Shown here one piece after another: positions 17,874 through 27,828 of a stretch of 64,000 nt of DNA. Position 1 is the first letter of the stretch, and the number at the start of each line of letters is the position of its first letter. This DNA comes from Acidobacteriota bacterium (GTDB lineage: Bacteria; Acidobacteriota; Terriglobia; Terriglobales; Acidobacteriaceae), in contig JAJZEA010000005.1 of the NCBI GenBank assembly GCA_021851335.1, positions 10,132 to 74,131 on the forward strand. The letters run 5' to 3'. A program made the translations under genes and the position numbers. The notes under the pieces were generated by a model, which was not told the DNA's origin, made no database searches, and worked only from the letters and a program-made list of their open reading frames with translations.

Positions 17874-18437
17874 TTAGTTGGAGATTTGACCTGTAAGATT
17901 CAGATCGATCGCAACATCGTTCTCAGCCTTCCAGAACATGAAGCTCGGATTTTTGAGGCCCCACTGGACATAGGGAACAGTGAAGTGCGCGCTGGCCGTT
18001 GCCTTCGATCCGTCCATGTGAATCTGCATCGGTATCGTCAAGTTATGAGGATTGCCGAGCAGCGTGAATACTCCACTCACCTGGATGGTTGAGTCACCTT
18101 CAAGCCCAATTGTGCCGGTATAAGTTTGCGGAGCAAAGGAGATCGACGTATATCGCCCTACCTTTAGAATCTCCTTATCCATCTTCTTATCTCGAAGTTC
18201 ATTACCAGTCTTTCCGCTTCCAGCCAGCACGATCACGGAACCAGACATCTTCGAGTTACTGCGCTCAAAGGTAATCGATCCTGATTGAATATGAAAGATT
18301 CCGTGGACAACCTCGTGCGTCGTGTTGAGAGTCATCCTGACTTCGCTGGCATTCGGATTGACCGCAAAGGTTTGAGATTGGGCAAGAGCGACGGGGCCGA
18401 GGACGGCGGCGAGCGCGAGCACAGCGAACGATTTCAT
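17874..18437 (-). CDS. YceI-family periplasmic lipid/quinone-binding protein
   Basis: Signal peptide; S.V.....H.VHG.F..SG, TGNELRD.KM..ILK, G.FTLLG. Confidence 0.85.
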   Translation of the reverse strand: MKSFAVLALAAVLGPVALAQSQTFAVNPNASEVRMTLNTTHEVVHGIFHIQSGSITFERSNSKMSGSVIVLAGSGKTGNELRDKKMDKEILKVGRYTSISFAPQTYTGTIGLEGDSTIQVSGVFTLLGNPHNLTIPMQIHMDGSKATASAHFTVPYVQWGLKNPSFMFWKAENDVAIDLNLTGQISN

Positions 18438-18491
18438 TTCGTCTCCAAATTCAAGAAGTTGACTAACTGGAATAATTTTGGGGGCTTGTTT

Positions 18492-19613
18492 TCAGCCTGC
18501 GAATGCCTGTGCTGCGGGCTGTGTGACTCGCGTGAGTTTTGCCGTTACGCGCATAGCCCCAGGCCATATCCGCAGGCAGAAAGGAAGCACAGCGCGCGCG
18601 AGGGCATTGTTCATGCCATTGGCAGCCAGTTCCGCTATGCGCATCTGGGGCAGCATGGCGGTGCGGAGCTTTGCCTGAAATATCGGTGCTGATTCTCCGG
18701 CAAGATAGGCAGCGGCGGCACGGCGAGCCGTGTGCAGCGCGATCGAGATGCCATCGCCCGTAAACGATGGAATTACGGCAGCCTGATCCCCGATGCAGTA
18801 GAGTCCGTCCTCGGTTTCGCGGCGGATGTAGCCGTAGGGAATGTGCGCAATGGTGATGGGCTTGTCAAGCAGCGGTTGCGCACCCTCCAGCCGCATTGCG
18901 AGGTGAGGGCAGTCCTGTTTCATCTTTGCCAGAAGGCTCTCCCACCGAAGACCCGCGCGCGCAAAATACCGCCGTTGCACCACACAGCAAAAATTCGCCA
19001 TGCCGTCTTCCACGGGCTGGATGCCGCCATAGCCGCCAGCGTAGAGCGTTAGCTCCGAAGCGTCCGCCAGATCTGCGGTTTGAGCGGCAGACAGTCGGAA
19101 GTACATCTTGAAGCCGACCCATTGATGACGATCTTTGGGGCGTCTGTGACCTCGCAGATCGTGTTTGCCTGTGGCGAGAAATGCCGTCGGAGCCTTGTAC
19201 GTTGTCCCGTCGTCAAGCGTAGCCTGCCAGTGGTTGTCGGCTGTCCGGCTCAGCGATTCGACACTGCGCCCGCACTCAACGCGGACTCCCGCGCTGATCG
19301 CCTCGGCGATCAGCGCGGTGTCGAGAGTCTTGCGCGTTAGGGACTTTGCCGGAAACGGCAGCGGGGCCGTCGCAGCGCGCCTTGTCGTGGCGAGTCGAAC
19401 GTAGTCGATCGGCACGGCTCCCAGAGACGCGGCATCAATGCCAAGCAGATGCAGATCCTCCAGGGCCTCGCCGCTCAGAAACTCTCCACAAACCTTATGG
19501 CGGGGCGCTGGTTCGCGTTCAATCATCGTGACGCTGCGCCCCTTGCGAGCCAGGGCTATTGAGGCTGCGCAGCCTGCCACGCCACCACCAATCATCAGAA
19601 CTTCGTCGTGCAA
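18492..19613 (-). CDS. FAD-dependent oxidoreductase/monooxygenase (geranylgeranyl-reductase-like)
   Basis: IGGGVAG, KVCGEFLS, IGDQAAVIPSFTGDGI; aggag-N7-TTG start. Confidence 0.88.
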   Translation of the reverse strand: MHDEVLMIGGGVAGCAASIALARKGRSVTMIEREPAPRHKVCGEFLSGEALEDLHLLGIDAASLGAVPIDYVRLATTRRAATAPLPFPAKSLTRKTLDTALIAEAISAGVRVECGRSVESLSRTADNHWQATLDDGTTYKAPTAFLATGKHDLRGHRRPKDRHQWVGFKMYFRLSAAQTADLADASELTLYAGGYGGIQPVEDGMANFCCVVQRRYFARAGLRWESLLAKMKQDCPHLAMRLEGAQPLLDKPITIAHIPYGYIRRETEDGLYCIGDQAAVIPSFTGDGISIALHTARRAAAAYLAGESAPIFQAKLRTAMLPQMRIAELAANGMNNALARAVLPFCLRIWPGAMRVTAKLTRVTQPAAQAFAG

Positions 19614-19803
19614 AGTATTGCTCCTAATCCATTGTGTGCACAATCGGCGAATCGTGCGAATTCTTATTTGTAATAGACTCTGAAAAAGCCAATTGGAAAA
19701 TCATTCTGAATGAATCGTCATCTGCGTGCTGGTCTTTCTATGGTTGGTTATGTGCAGAGTGATCGTGCGAAAAATTGGCCGCTCTGATACGACGAATCAA
19801 AAA

Positions 19804-20439
19804 TCAGTTGCGACGCGTGGTGAGTTCGTGCCAGTTGAAGCCGAGATCAACAACCAGCAAAGATGCAAGAGTGAATGCGATCACGCCAACTGCGGACAGC
19901 ACATCGCCAAGATGGCTCCAGTAGGCGGGCACCAGATTAAATACACGGCTTGAGACAAAGGTAAACGTAACCGCGTAGGAGCGAGCCATCCACTGTTGGT
20001 GCACAGCGATTTGGCGGTTGCGCGCAGTGATGAAAGCAGCGATGGTGCAGACCATCCACGCCGCAGCCTGCATGGATGTCCCCGGAAGTCCCGGACGCCC
20101 CCAGGCGAGAGCGATGCCGGTAAACGAACCGACAAAAACAGAAATCACATAGATGCGACCGAGTGCGCGATGTAGCGTGAGATGACGCTGGCGAATCCGC
20201 GAGGAGAAATTGACAGGACCGATCAAGAGCGCAAATATCCCAGCGAGCGTATGCGGGATCAGCAGATGCCGGTCAGCGATCACCTGCAAGCGATAGGCGT
20301 GATACATCGGGTAATCGGTGATAAGAAGGACTTCTGAAGTGATGAAGACGAAGAGCGTCGTAAGGCCAATGCTTGCCCACAGTATGATCTTGAATCTGGA
20401 ACCCGCAGATTTGGACGAGAGCAGTGTGGAAGTTGGCAT
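19804..20439 (-). CDS. DUF2306-family membrane protein
   Basis: Multi-TM with H..G, HRALGRIY, H..WMARSYA. Confidence 0.8.
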   Translation of the reverse strand: MPTSTLLSSKSAGSRFKIILWASIGLTTLFVFITSEVLLITDYPMYHAYRLQVIADRHLLIPHTLAGIFALLIGPVNFSSRIRQRHLTLHRALGRIYVISVFVGSFTGIALAWGRPGLPGTSMQAAAWMVCTIAAFITARNRQIAVHQQWMARSYAVTFTFVSSRVFNLVPAYWSHLGDVLSAVGVIAFTLASLLVVDLGFNWHELTTRRN

Positions 20440-20539
20440 TATCGGTTTCCCTTGTAGTTAGACGATATCCGTTGCATCCGTGCTCGGACAGGGGTAACAA
20501 TCTTTGCTTGTCGATGCATCTCTGCCAAAATTGCGGTCC

Positions 20540-21265
20540 TCACTTCCATCGCCCCACACACAGTCTTCCCGGACGCCAGCGCTCCACCGTTGTTGCGATT
20601 CGCGGCACATCTGCCGCAGTCAGCAGTCGCATCCAATCTTCATCCACAAAGGCGCGTCGAAACGACACGGGACCATCGTGACGCACAAACCGATGCCAGC
20701 CTGCCATCTTCTCCACCCACTGAAAGAGTCGGCAGTTCCTCTCGGAACGCTCCAGATCATTGATAAACCAACCCACTCGCGCAGTCACCTCCATCCACCG
20801 GAGCAGCGCGATAATCTCTTCATCCTCCAGATGATGCGCCATCAGCGAGCTGACGACAATATCCACGGGAGTCTTCGGGCGAAACTCCAAAGCGTTTCCC
20901 GTCAGCCACTCAATTCCAAGATCTTTCGGTGTCGCCGCCGCTGCCACTTTCGCTGCATAGGGATTCAAGTCGATGCCTGTCAGTTGCACAGCGACACCGC
21001 GCTTCCCTGCCCAGTCGGCAATCTTCCGCAGCAGATCGCCACCACCGCAACCCACATCGAGAACATGCACCGGACCATCCATATCCTGTGGCATCCGATT
21101 CAACCAGGCCAATGTTGGCCGATAACCCCACAGCCAGCGGTTGATCTCTTCCAGGCTGCGCAAGCACTCACGAAAATCCTCATAGCTGCACTCGCCATCC
21201 ATCAGCTCAGGCAACTCGCGCGGAGAAACCCGCTCACTGAAATCGATCTCTGCACTAGACCACAT
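20540..21265 (-). CDS. SAM-dependent methyltransferase (type III PKS-associated)
   Basis: ELMD..L..IN, VLDVGCGGG, SSLMAHHL, INDLER, RHDGPVSFRRAF. Confidence 0.9.
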   Translation of the reverse strand: MWSSAEIDFSERVSPRELPELMDGECSYEDFRECLRSLEEINRWLWGYRPTLAWLNRMPQDMDGPVHVLDVGCGGGDLLRKIADWAGKRGVAVQLTGIDLNPYAAKVAAAATPKDLGIEWLTGNALEFRPKTPVDIVVSSLMAHHLEDEEIIALLRWMEVTARVGWFINDLERSERNCRLFQWVEKMAGWHRFVRHDGPVSFRRAFVDEDWMRLLTAADVPRIATTVERWRPGRLCVGRWK

Positions 21266-22316
21266 GGAAGCGCATCGTCTCCGCTGTCAGTCCCGGGCCA
21301 AACGACATCGCACACCCGTGCTGCCCTGACTGTGCCTGCTGCATCATCCGTTGCAGCACAAACATCACCGTAGCCGACGACATATTGCCGAAGCGCGACA
21401 GCACCTCCCGCGATGCCGTCAGCGCGTTGACCGGCAGTTCCAACCCTCGTTCGACCGCATCCAGGATCGACCGTCCGCCCGGATGCACCGCCCATAGATC
21501 GATGCTGTCTCGCTCACGCATCAGTTCGTCGTCATGCAAGGTTCGGCTCAACTCCGCCGGCACCTGCCCGGAGAGCAGCATGTCAAATCCCAGTCCACGG
21601 ATCTTCCACGTAATCAACTCTCTCGTACCTGGCACCATCACGGCTCGAAAACTGTCCAGCGCCAGACCCTGCTCGCGAGCGGTTATCAGGCTTGCTGCCG
21701 CGCCATCGGCAAACACCAGGAAGGAGAGTACCTGCTCCAGATCCTGCGTCTCCTGAAAGTGAAGTGTGCACAGCTCCAGGTTGACCATCAGTACGCCAGC
21801 CTTCGGATCGGAACGCACAATATGCCGCGCCACCTTCAGCGCATTGATCGCAGCATAGCATCCCATAAATCCAATCATCGTGCGCTCCACGCTTGACGAA
21901 AGACCAAGGTGGTCGACAATCTCAAAATCCAGACCCGGCGCGTACAGGCCCGTGCAACAGGTCACCAGAACATGCGTAATTCCAGCGCGTTCCTGCTCAT
22001 CGAGCGCGAGGTTGTCGACCGCCTTTCGCATCAGCACCGGAGCGTACTGCTCAAACAGCTCCATGCGCCGCGAGGTATTCGGAAAGCTGCCCAGCCGATA
22101 AAGCTCCGTCGCATCCTGTGACGAAAAAGAACCCCGGCCTTTCTGCGTATTGAGAAAGGAATATCGATGATCGATTTCTGCGCGGCTCGCCATCCGGCGA
22201 AACACCGCGCGCAGCCTCAGGTCGGCAAGCATCTCCTCCGCAAAGACCACAAACAGATCATGCACATCATGCTCGGGTACGGCCGTGGCGACGCGATTCA
22301 GATAAGACATGGTCAT
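21255..22316 (-). CDS. Type III polyketide synthase
   Basis: Cys-His-Asn triad in GFMGCYAA, AVHPGG and FGNMSSAT; FGPGLT. Confidence 0.95.
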   Translation of the reverse strand: MTMSYLNRVATAVPEHDVHDLFVVFAEEMLADLRLRAVFRRMASRAEIDHRYSFLNTQKGRGSFSSQDATELYRLGSFPNTSRRMELFEQYAPVLMRKAVDNLALDEQERAGITHVLVTCCTGLYAPGLDFEIVDHLGLSSSVERTMIGFMGCYAAINALKVARHIVRSDPKAGVLMVNLELCTLHFQETQDLEQVLSFLVFADGAAASLITAREQGLALDSFRAVMVPGTRELITWKIRGLGFDMLLSGQVPAELSRTLHDDELMRERDSIDLWAVHPGGRSILDAVERGLELPVNALTASREVLSRFGNMSSATVMFVLQRMMQQAQSGQHGCAMSFGPGLTAETMRFHVV

Positions 22317-22960
22317 GAGCAGCAGGCCCTCAGCCCCGTGAACGAGCATTGCATGTTGCGTGCGTTTGGAAATTTCCGGACCACAAAAAGATGACCACTC
22401 GAAAGCTGTTCCCCACTCAAGGGAACAGGCTGGTTATCCTCAACACAACGGATATCCCATAAGACGAAATCTCTGCCGGTTTGATAGCGCCAGGCAGGAA
22501 GCGGATTGGATGACAATATTTTCATAGAGAGTCGCCGACGCATCTGGGGTCAGCTTCATTCTTCACATACCAGAGAGGGACTCGCCATCGTTCGCTTAAC
22601 TTCACTTTTGTGCAATGGAACTCACCCGGCAACAGCTTTCCTTGTGTGTTCCTCCACCAGTGGCCAGAATGGATGATTTTGGTACGACGAAAAACTCGGC
22701 GCACCCACTTGGATGATGGTAAGCCAGGACAAGGTTCAAGAATAGCCGGTATCGATCACCGAGCCGCCCAAAACCCCGGATGAAGCCGTCTCACGCCGGG
22801 TGAAGCCGTCTGGGGACTGAGGTTCACCCACCTTTGATCTCCGTCTGGCCCCACACCGCTCGCCTCGCACTTGGCGGAGTGCTCCGCGATGCGTAGAATT
22901 CCCCGCAGGACCAAGTTCATTCACACCATGCATCCGTAATTCTTCAGGAGGACCACCGGC

Positions 22961-23797
22961 ATGAACCACAGGCGAAAGCTTTCTACGGCAAGGATTTTGG
23001 CCATCCATATCTCCATCCTGTTTGCAATGCTGTCTCTCGGCGCACACGCCGCCCACGCTCAGGACTGGGCCAAAGCCAAGCTCAATAAGAGTCCTCGCCA
23101 TCAGGAATGGGTCACCATCCCTTACGACCATCGCAAGCTTCAGGCCTACATCGTCTATCCGGAGATCAGCCACAAAGCCCCCGTCGTCCTCATCGTCCAT
23201 GAAATCTTTGGCCTCTCGGACTGGGCGCGCAGCATGGCCGACGATCTTGCCGCGCAGGGCTACATCGCCATCGTTCCCGACCTGCTCAGCGAACACGGCC
23301 CACACGGCGGTGGCAGCAGCGACTTTCCTGACATGGATTCAACCGTGAAAGCAGTCTTTCAGCTTGATCCTCGTCAGGTGATGTCCGACCTCAGCGCCAC
23401 GGCCGACTACGCTCTCAAGCAGCCCGCGGCCAACGGCAAGCTCGCCGTCGCAGGATTTTGCTGGGGCGGCGGCAAAGCCTTTGAATACGCCACGCTCCAC
23501 AAGCATCTCAACGCAGCCTTTGTCTTCTACGGAACGCCACCCGTCAAAGAAGCCATGTCCGCCATCTCCGCTCCGGTTTATGGCTTCTACGCTGGCGATG
23601 ATGCGCGCGTCACGTCCACCGTTCCCTCCACAACCGCCGACATGCAAGCCGCGGACAAAGTCTATCGTCCCGTCGTCTATGCCGGTGCCGGCCATGGATT
23701 CATGCGCGCAGGCGAGGCTCCCGATGCCAGTCCCGCCAACAGGAAAGCACGCGACGACGCCTGGGCGCGCTTCCTGCGGCTGCTCGGCAAGATGTAA
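22961..23797 (+). CDS. Secreted dienelactone hydrolase family protein
   Basis: HEIFGL, GFCWGG, GHGFMR; aggagg RBS. Confidence 0.9.
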   Translation: MNHRRKLSTARILAIHISILFAMLSLGAHAAHAQDWAKAKLNKSPRHQEWVTIPYDHRKLQAYIVYPEISHKAPVVLIVHEIFGLSDWARSMADDLAAQGYIAIVPDLLSEHGPHGGGSSDFPDMDSTVKAVFQLDPRQVMSDLSATADYALKQPAANGKLAVAGFCWGGGKAFEYATLHKHLNAAFVFYGTPPVKEAMSAISAPVYGFYAGDDARVTSTVPSTTADMQAADKVYRPVVYAGAGHGFMRAGEAPDASPANRKARDDAWARFLRLLGKM

Positions 23798-23900
23798 TCG
23801 CAAATTCGACAGAATGGTATACTCGTAGTGCGAGCCTGCGGCACCTGAGCGAGACAACCGCAGGCACATCGCAAACGTGGGCACACTCTGGAGGAGCACC

Positions 23901-24515
23901 ATCGCATTCGATAAGCGTTCTGCAAAACAGATGATCCGGATCAACGAGCGCATTCGGGCGCGCGAGATTCGCGTAATTGACGAACATGGAGAGCAACTCG
24001 GCATTCTCCCGCCCTTTGAGGCGCTCAAGATGGCCCGAGATCGCGGACTGGACCTGGTTGAAGTCTCTCCCAACGCAGTCCCGCCCGTCTGCCGCATTCA
24101 GGACTACGGCCGCTTCCTCTACGAGAAGGACAAGAGCGAAAACGCCGCGCGCAAAAAGCAGAAGGTCATTGTCGTCAAGGAAGTCAAGTTCTCCGTCACC
24201 GTGGATGAGCATGACTACCAGACCAAGAAAAATCAGTGCGTGAGATTCCTCAACGAAGGCGACAAGGTCAAGGCCAGCCTGCGTTTCCGTGGCCGCCAGA
24301 TGTCGCATCGCGAGCTTGGCTACAACATCATCAATCGCCTGATCACCGACATCGGCGAAGCTGGCATCGTCGAGTTCATGCCGCGCATGGAAGGAACCAC
24401 ACTCCACGCCATCCTTGCTCCGTCAAAGAAAGTCGAGCAGCCCAAGCCAAAACCTGCGGCCACTCCGACTCCGGTCAATGCTTCGGCGGACGCCAATCAG
24501 ACCACCAGCGTCTGA
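23901..24515 (+). CDS. infC: Translation initiation factor IF-3, probable ATC start
   Basis: INERIRAREIRVID, DLVEVSP..PPVCRI, FRGRQ; ggagg followed by an in-frame ATC at 23901. Confidence 0.95.
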   Translation: MAFDKRSAKQMIRINERIRAREIRVIDEHGEQLGILPPFEALKMARDRGLDLVEVSPNAVPPVCRIQDYGRFLYEKDKSENAARKKQKVIVVKEVKFSVTVDEHDYQTKKNQCVRFLNEGDKVKASLRFRGRQMSHRELGYNIINRLITDIGEAGIVEFMPRMEGTTLHAILAPSKKVEQPKPKPAATPTPVNASADANQTTSV

Positions 24516-24620
24516 TTCCCCGCCCTGCGGCAGTGATCACCAAATATCCGAGCTGTTTTTCTGCGCCATCACCGTGGAAAGATCGCTCGGATTTTTGCTG
24601 CTCGCGTGTATGCTGACCGC

Positions 24621-26741
24621 ATGAGAAAATCTGCTGTCTGCCTGTGCTTGCTTGCGTCGCTGGTCGCCGCAGCCCGGCCCCATCCCATCCAAACCAATCC
24701 GGTGACCACCAGCGCCCTGAAGTTTCCCACCACCGACGACCTGCTGCATCTCCGTACCATGAGTGCCGCCGAGTTGAGTCCGGACGGTCGCACAGTGCTT
24801 TTCAGCATCTCCGACGCCACAGCCGATGGCGGACTTAGCCACTTCTGGCTTACCCCTACGGACTCTAGCACCGCCCCCCGCCAGATCACGTTCACGCCCG
24901 GAAAAGAAAAATCCGGCGAAAGCCGCGCCGCCTGGTCGCCCGACGGAAAATTCATTCTCTTTCTCGCGCATCGCGGCCAGCAGACCCAGCTTTTTCGTCT
25001 CTCCCTGCTCGGCGGTGAAGCAATCCCCTACGCGCTCAAAACTCTTCCATCGGTGGATGACGCCAAACTTCCTGACGCCATCCCGGCAGCCCGCAAAGCC
25101 AGTGCAGAGGCTGCCAAACCGCTCGACCTGAGCGTCAGCGGTTATTCCCTTTCACCCGACGGCACATGGCTGGCCATCTGGGCGCTCGACCCGCAAACCC
25201 CCGGCGAAAAGATCGCCCACGACGACAAGGCCGACGCCATCCGGGTCGATCAACAGACCCATCGAACGCGGCTGTATCTCGCCCATCTCAAGGCTGACGG
25301 GGCCCTTGCCTCCGACGCTCCACTGACTCCTGTCGCCCTTGATGGAAACGTCCGCGCCGCCTCGTGGTCACCCGACAGCCGTCAACTTGTCACCGTCGTC
25401 CAGCCGCCCAACGGCGCCAGCGATCTCAAACCCTCCGGCGAAGCCTGGATCGTTCCCACCAGCGCCGCCAAACCTGTTCGGCTTGTCCATGCTCCCGCTA
25501 CCCTGCGCGGCCCAATCGCCTGGAGTCGCGACGGCAGCCATCTCTTCTTCGCCGCTCAAACCCCGGAAGACGCACCGCCAGGAGTCGAAGAACTCTATGC
25601 CATGGCCGCCGAACCGCTGGCCGCACCCCAGCGCCTGATGCCTGACTTCGACGGTGGCCTCGGCTACGGCGAGCCGCTCGCGCTCGCCGACGGACGCGTC
25701 CTCGTCGCCGTCACCCAGGGTGTTCGCCTCGGAGCCGTCATCCTTCGCGCAGACTCCGCACAAGCGCCCCAGCCCGTGCCTCAGTCACTCGCCGTTCTCA
25801 CCGGCCTCGCCACCAACCACAACCAATCCGGCTGGGTCTGGTTCGCCGAATCCAGCGACCACCCACCCACTCTCTGCTTTGCCGCGCGCCTGGGCGGCGA
25901 TTGCACTGCGCTCCAGACCCCATCCCTCCATCCCGTCAAAACCGTCCGCTCCACCCTCGTCCAATGGCAACAGGGCGGACTCTCCATCCAGGGATTGCTC
26001 AGCGTGCCTCCGCAGGCCGATGAGCACAACCCCGTCCCGCTCATCGTCGAGGTTCACGGTGGACCGCTCGGTGCGTGGGAAGACCGGTACGATCCCTGGA
26101 TCAGCTTTCTGCTCGGCCAAGGATGGGCCGTTCTCCGGCCCAATCCGCGTGGCTCCAGCGGTTACGGCTGGCGCTTTGCCGCCGCCAACAAAAACGACCT
26201 CGGCGGAGAAGACTTCGCCGACATCATGGCCGGCCTCGATGCGGTGCTCAAAACCCATCCTGAGCTGAACGGCGAGCGCCTCGCGCTCATGGGCTACAGC
26301 TATGGCGGGGAGATGGCCGGCTTTGCCGAAGGCAAAACCAACCGCTTCCGCGCCATCCTCTCCGGCGCGCCGGTCATCGACCAGTTCAGCGAATACGGCA
26401 CCGAAGGCGGCTCCTGGTACGATCGCTGGTACTACGGGCTACCCTGGGAGCACTTCACCGACGCCTGGCGTCAGAGTCCGCTTGCACGTGTCGATGCCGC
26501 ACGCACCCCATTTTTGCTCCTTCAGGGCCAGTCCGACACCACAGACCCCATGGGCCAGAGCGAAGAGATGTACCGCGCCCTCCGTCAGATGAACGTCCCC
26601 GTCCAGATGATGCTCTTCCCGCGCGAAGACCACGGACCGCTTGCGCGCGGCATCTTCGGCTATCCGTCCCCGGAACCCTGGCACGGATGGCAAGCCCGCC
26701 AGCGCATCGTCCAGTTTCTCCAGCAAAATCTCAGCCAATAG
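24621..26741 (+). CDS. S9 prolyl oligopeptidase / acylaminoacyl peptidase
   Basis: Signal peptide, WSPDG propeller, VHGGP, NPRGSSGYG, GYSYGG, EDH. Confidence 0.93.
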   Translation: MRKSAVCLCLLASLVAAARPHPIQTNPVTTSALKFPTTDDLLHLRTMSAAELSPDGRTVLFSISDATADGGLSHFWLTPTDSSTAPRQITFTPGKEKSGESRAAWSPDGKFILFLAHRGQQTQLFRLSLLGGEAIPYALKTLPSVDDAKLPDAIPAARKASAEAAKPLDLSVSGYSLSPDGTWLAIWALDPQTPGEKIAHDDKADAIRVDQQTHRTRLYLAHLKADGALASDAPLTPVALDGNVRAASWSPDSRQLVTVVQPPNGASDLKPSGEAWIVPTSAAKPVRLVHAPATLRGPIAWSRDGSHLFFAAQTPEDAPPGVEELYAMAAEPLAAPQRLMPDFDGGLGYGEPLALADGRVLVAVTQGVRLGAVILRADSAQAPQPVPQSLAVLTGLATNHNQSGWVWFAESSDHPPTLCFAARLGGDCTALQTPSLHPVKTVRSTLVQWQQGGLSIQGLLSVPPQADEHNPVPLIVEVHGGPLGAWEDRYDPWISFLLGQGWAVLRPNPRGSSGYGWRFAAANKNDLGGEDFADIMAGLDAVLKTHPELNGERLALMGYSYGGEMAGFAEGKTNRFRAILSGAPVIDQFSEYGTEGGSWYDRWYYGLPWEHFTDAWRQSPLARVDAARTPFLLLQGQSDTTDPMGQSEEMYRALRQMNVPVQMMLFPREDHGPLARGIFGYPSPEPWHGWQARQRIVQFLQQNLSQ

Positions 26742-26924
26742 CACCCAACTGCGCCACAGGCCTGCCGAATCCCGCCTGTGGCGCAGAAATCCAAGGTGCG
26801 ATATACTGAAGCGGTCCGCCTGACAACGGGGAATTCCCTGTTTCCACCGCGGAATCCCCCGGACGGGCGCGCTGTCGCCGACACAAATCGAGCAGCGAAT
26901 ACCCACCGGAGACAAGAGAACAAA

Positions 26925-27122
26925 ATGCCGAAACTCAAGACACACACTGGAGCGGCCAAGCGCTTCTCGAAGACCGGCAGCGGCAAAATCAAGCGCCGCC
27001 AGACCAAGACGCGCCACATCCTCACCTCCAAGCTGCCCAAGACCAAGGCCAAGCTGGGCAAGACTCTCATGGTCTCCGACGCCGACTTTGAAAAAGTCGC
27101 GCGTATGATTCCCTACGCCTGA
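26925..27122 (+). CDS. rpmI: 50S ribosomal protein L35
   Basis: [21 protein letters not shown]. Confidence 0.97.
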   Translation: MPKLKTHTGAAKRFSKTGSGKIKRRQTKTRHILTSKLPKTKAKLGKTLMVSDADFEKVARMIPYA

Positions 27123-27234
27123 CCGGCTCTGCGGCTGACCTGTGCCGCAACCCGTCCGTTCAAGCATCACAAGCGAGTGAAGAGGCGCATCCTGCCTCCA
27201 GCCGCACAACGAAACACGAAAAGGAGCTTCGACT

Positions 27235-27603
27235 ATGCCACGCGTCAAACGCGGTACCAAGCGGCACGACCGCCGCAAAAAAATTCTCAAGCGAGCAAGC
27301 GGCTACTTCCTCACCAAATCCAAGCTGTATCAGGCAGCTCAGGAAGCCGTCGAGCGCGGACTGAAGTTCGCCTACATCGGCCGCCGCCAGAAGAAGCGCC
27401 AGTTCCGCTCCCTCTGGATCGTCCGCATCTCCGCTGCCGCCAAACAGAACGGCTACAGCTACTCCCAGCTCATCAACGGCCTCAAAAAGGCTGGCATCGA
27501 GCTGGATCGCAAGATGCTCGCCGACATTGCCGTTCAGGATGCCGCTGGCTTCACTCGCCTCATCGAGCAAGCCAAAGCCGCTCTCGCCACGACCGCGAAG
27601 TAA
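27235..27603 (+). CDS. rplT: 50S ribosomal protein L20
   Basis: [27 protein letters not shown]. Confidence 0.98.
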   Translation: MPRVKRGTKRHDRRKKILKRASGYFLTKSKLYQAAQEAVERGLKFAYIGRRQKKRQFRSLWIVRISAAAKQNGYSYSQLINGLKKAGIELDRKMLADIAVQDAAGFTRLIEQAKAALATTAK

Positions 27604-27628
27604 CTTCCAAAACCGCAAGCTCCGCAGC

Positions 27629-27668
27629 AAAAAAGATGGTCCGGGGGTAACCTCGGACCACCTTTTTT
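27629..27668. terminator. Bidirectional intrinsic terminator between rplT and hom
   Basis: A6, then tggtccgggg-gtaa-cctcggacca, then T6. Confidence 0.85.
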
Positions 27669-27828
27669 GCCTGTCAGAAAATCTCGCGCCTCCCGCTGTA
27701 AATCCCGCAGAAGGGTGGCTTTTGCTTTCCGGTCGTCCCAGGCCAATCCCTCGCGACTCGGCCAAGCGCAACCAAATGCTGATGTCGAGCGGAGAAGCCT
27801 GCCATCGGCTCCCTGGAATGCCTCGGAG

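Noticed and set aside
22400-22745. Possible gene remnant (WYDEKLGAPTWMMVSQDKVQE*) in the long intergenic region
   Set aside because: No recognisable family or start signal; it would need BLASTX
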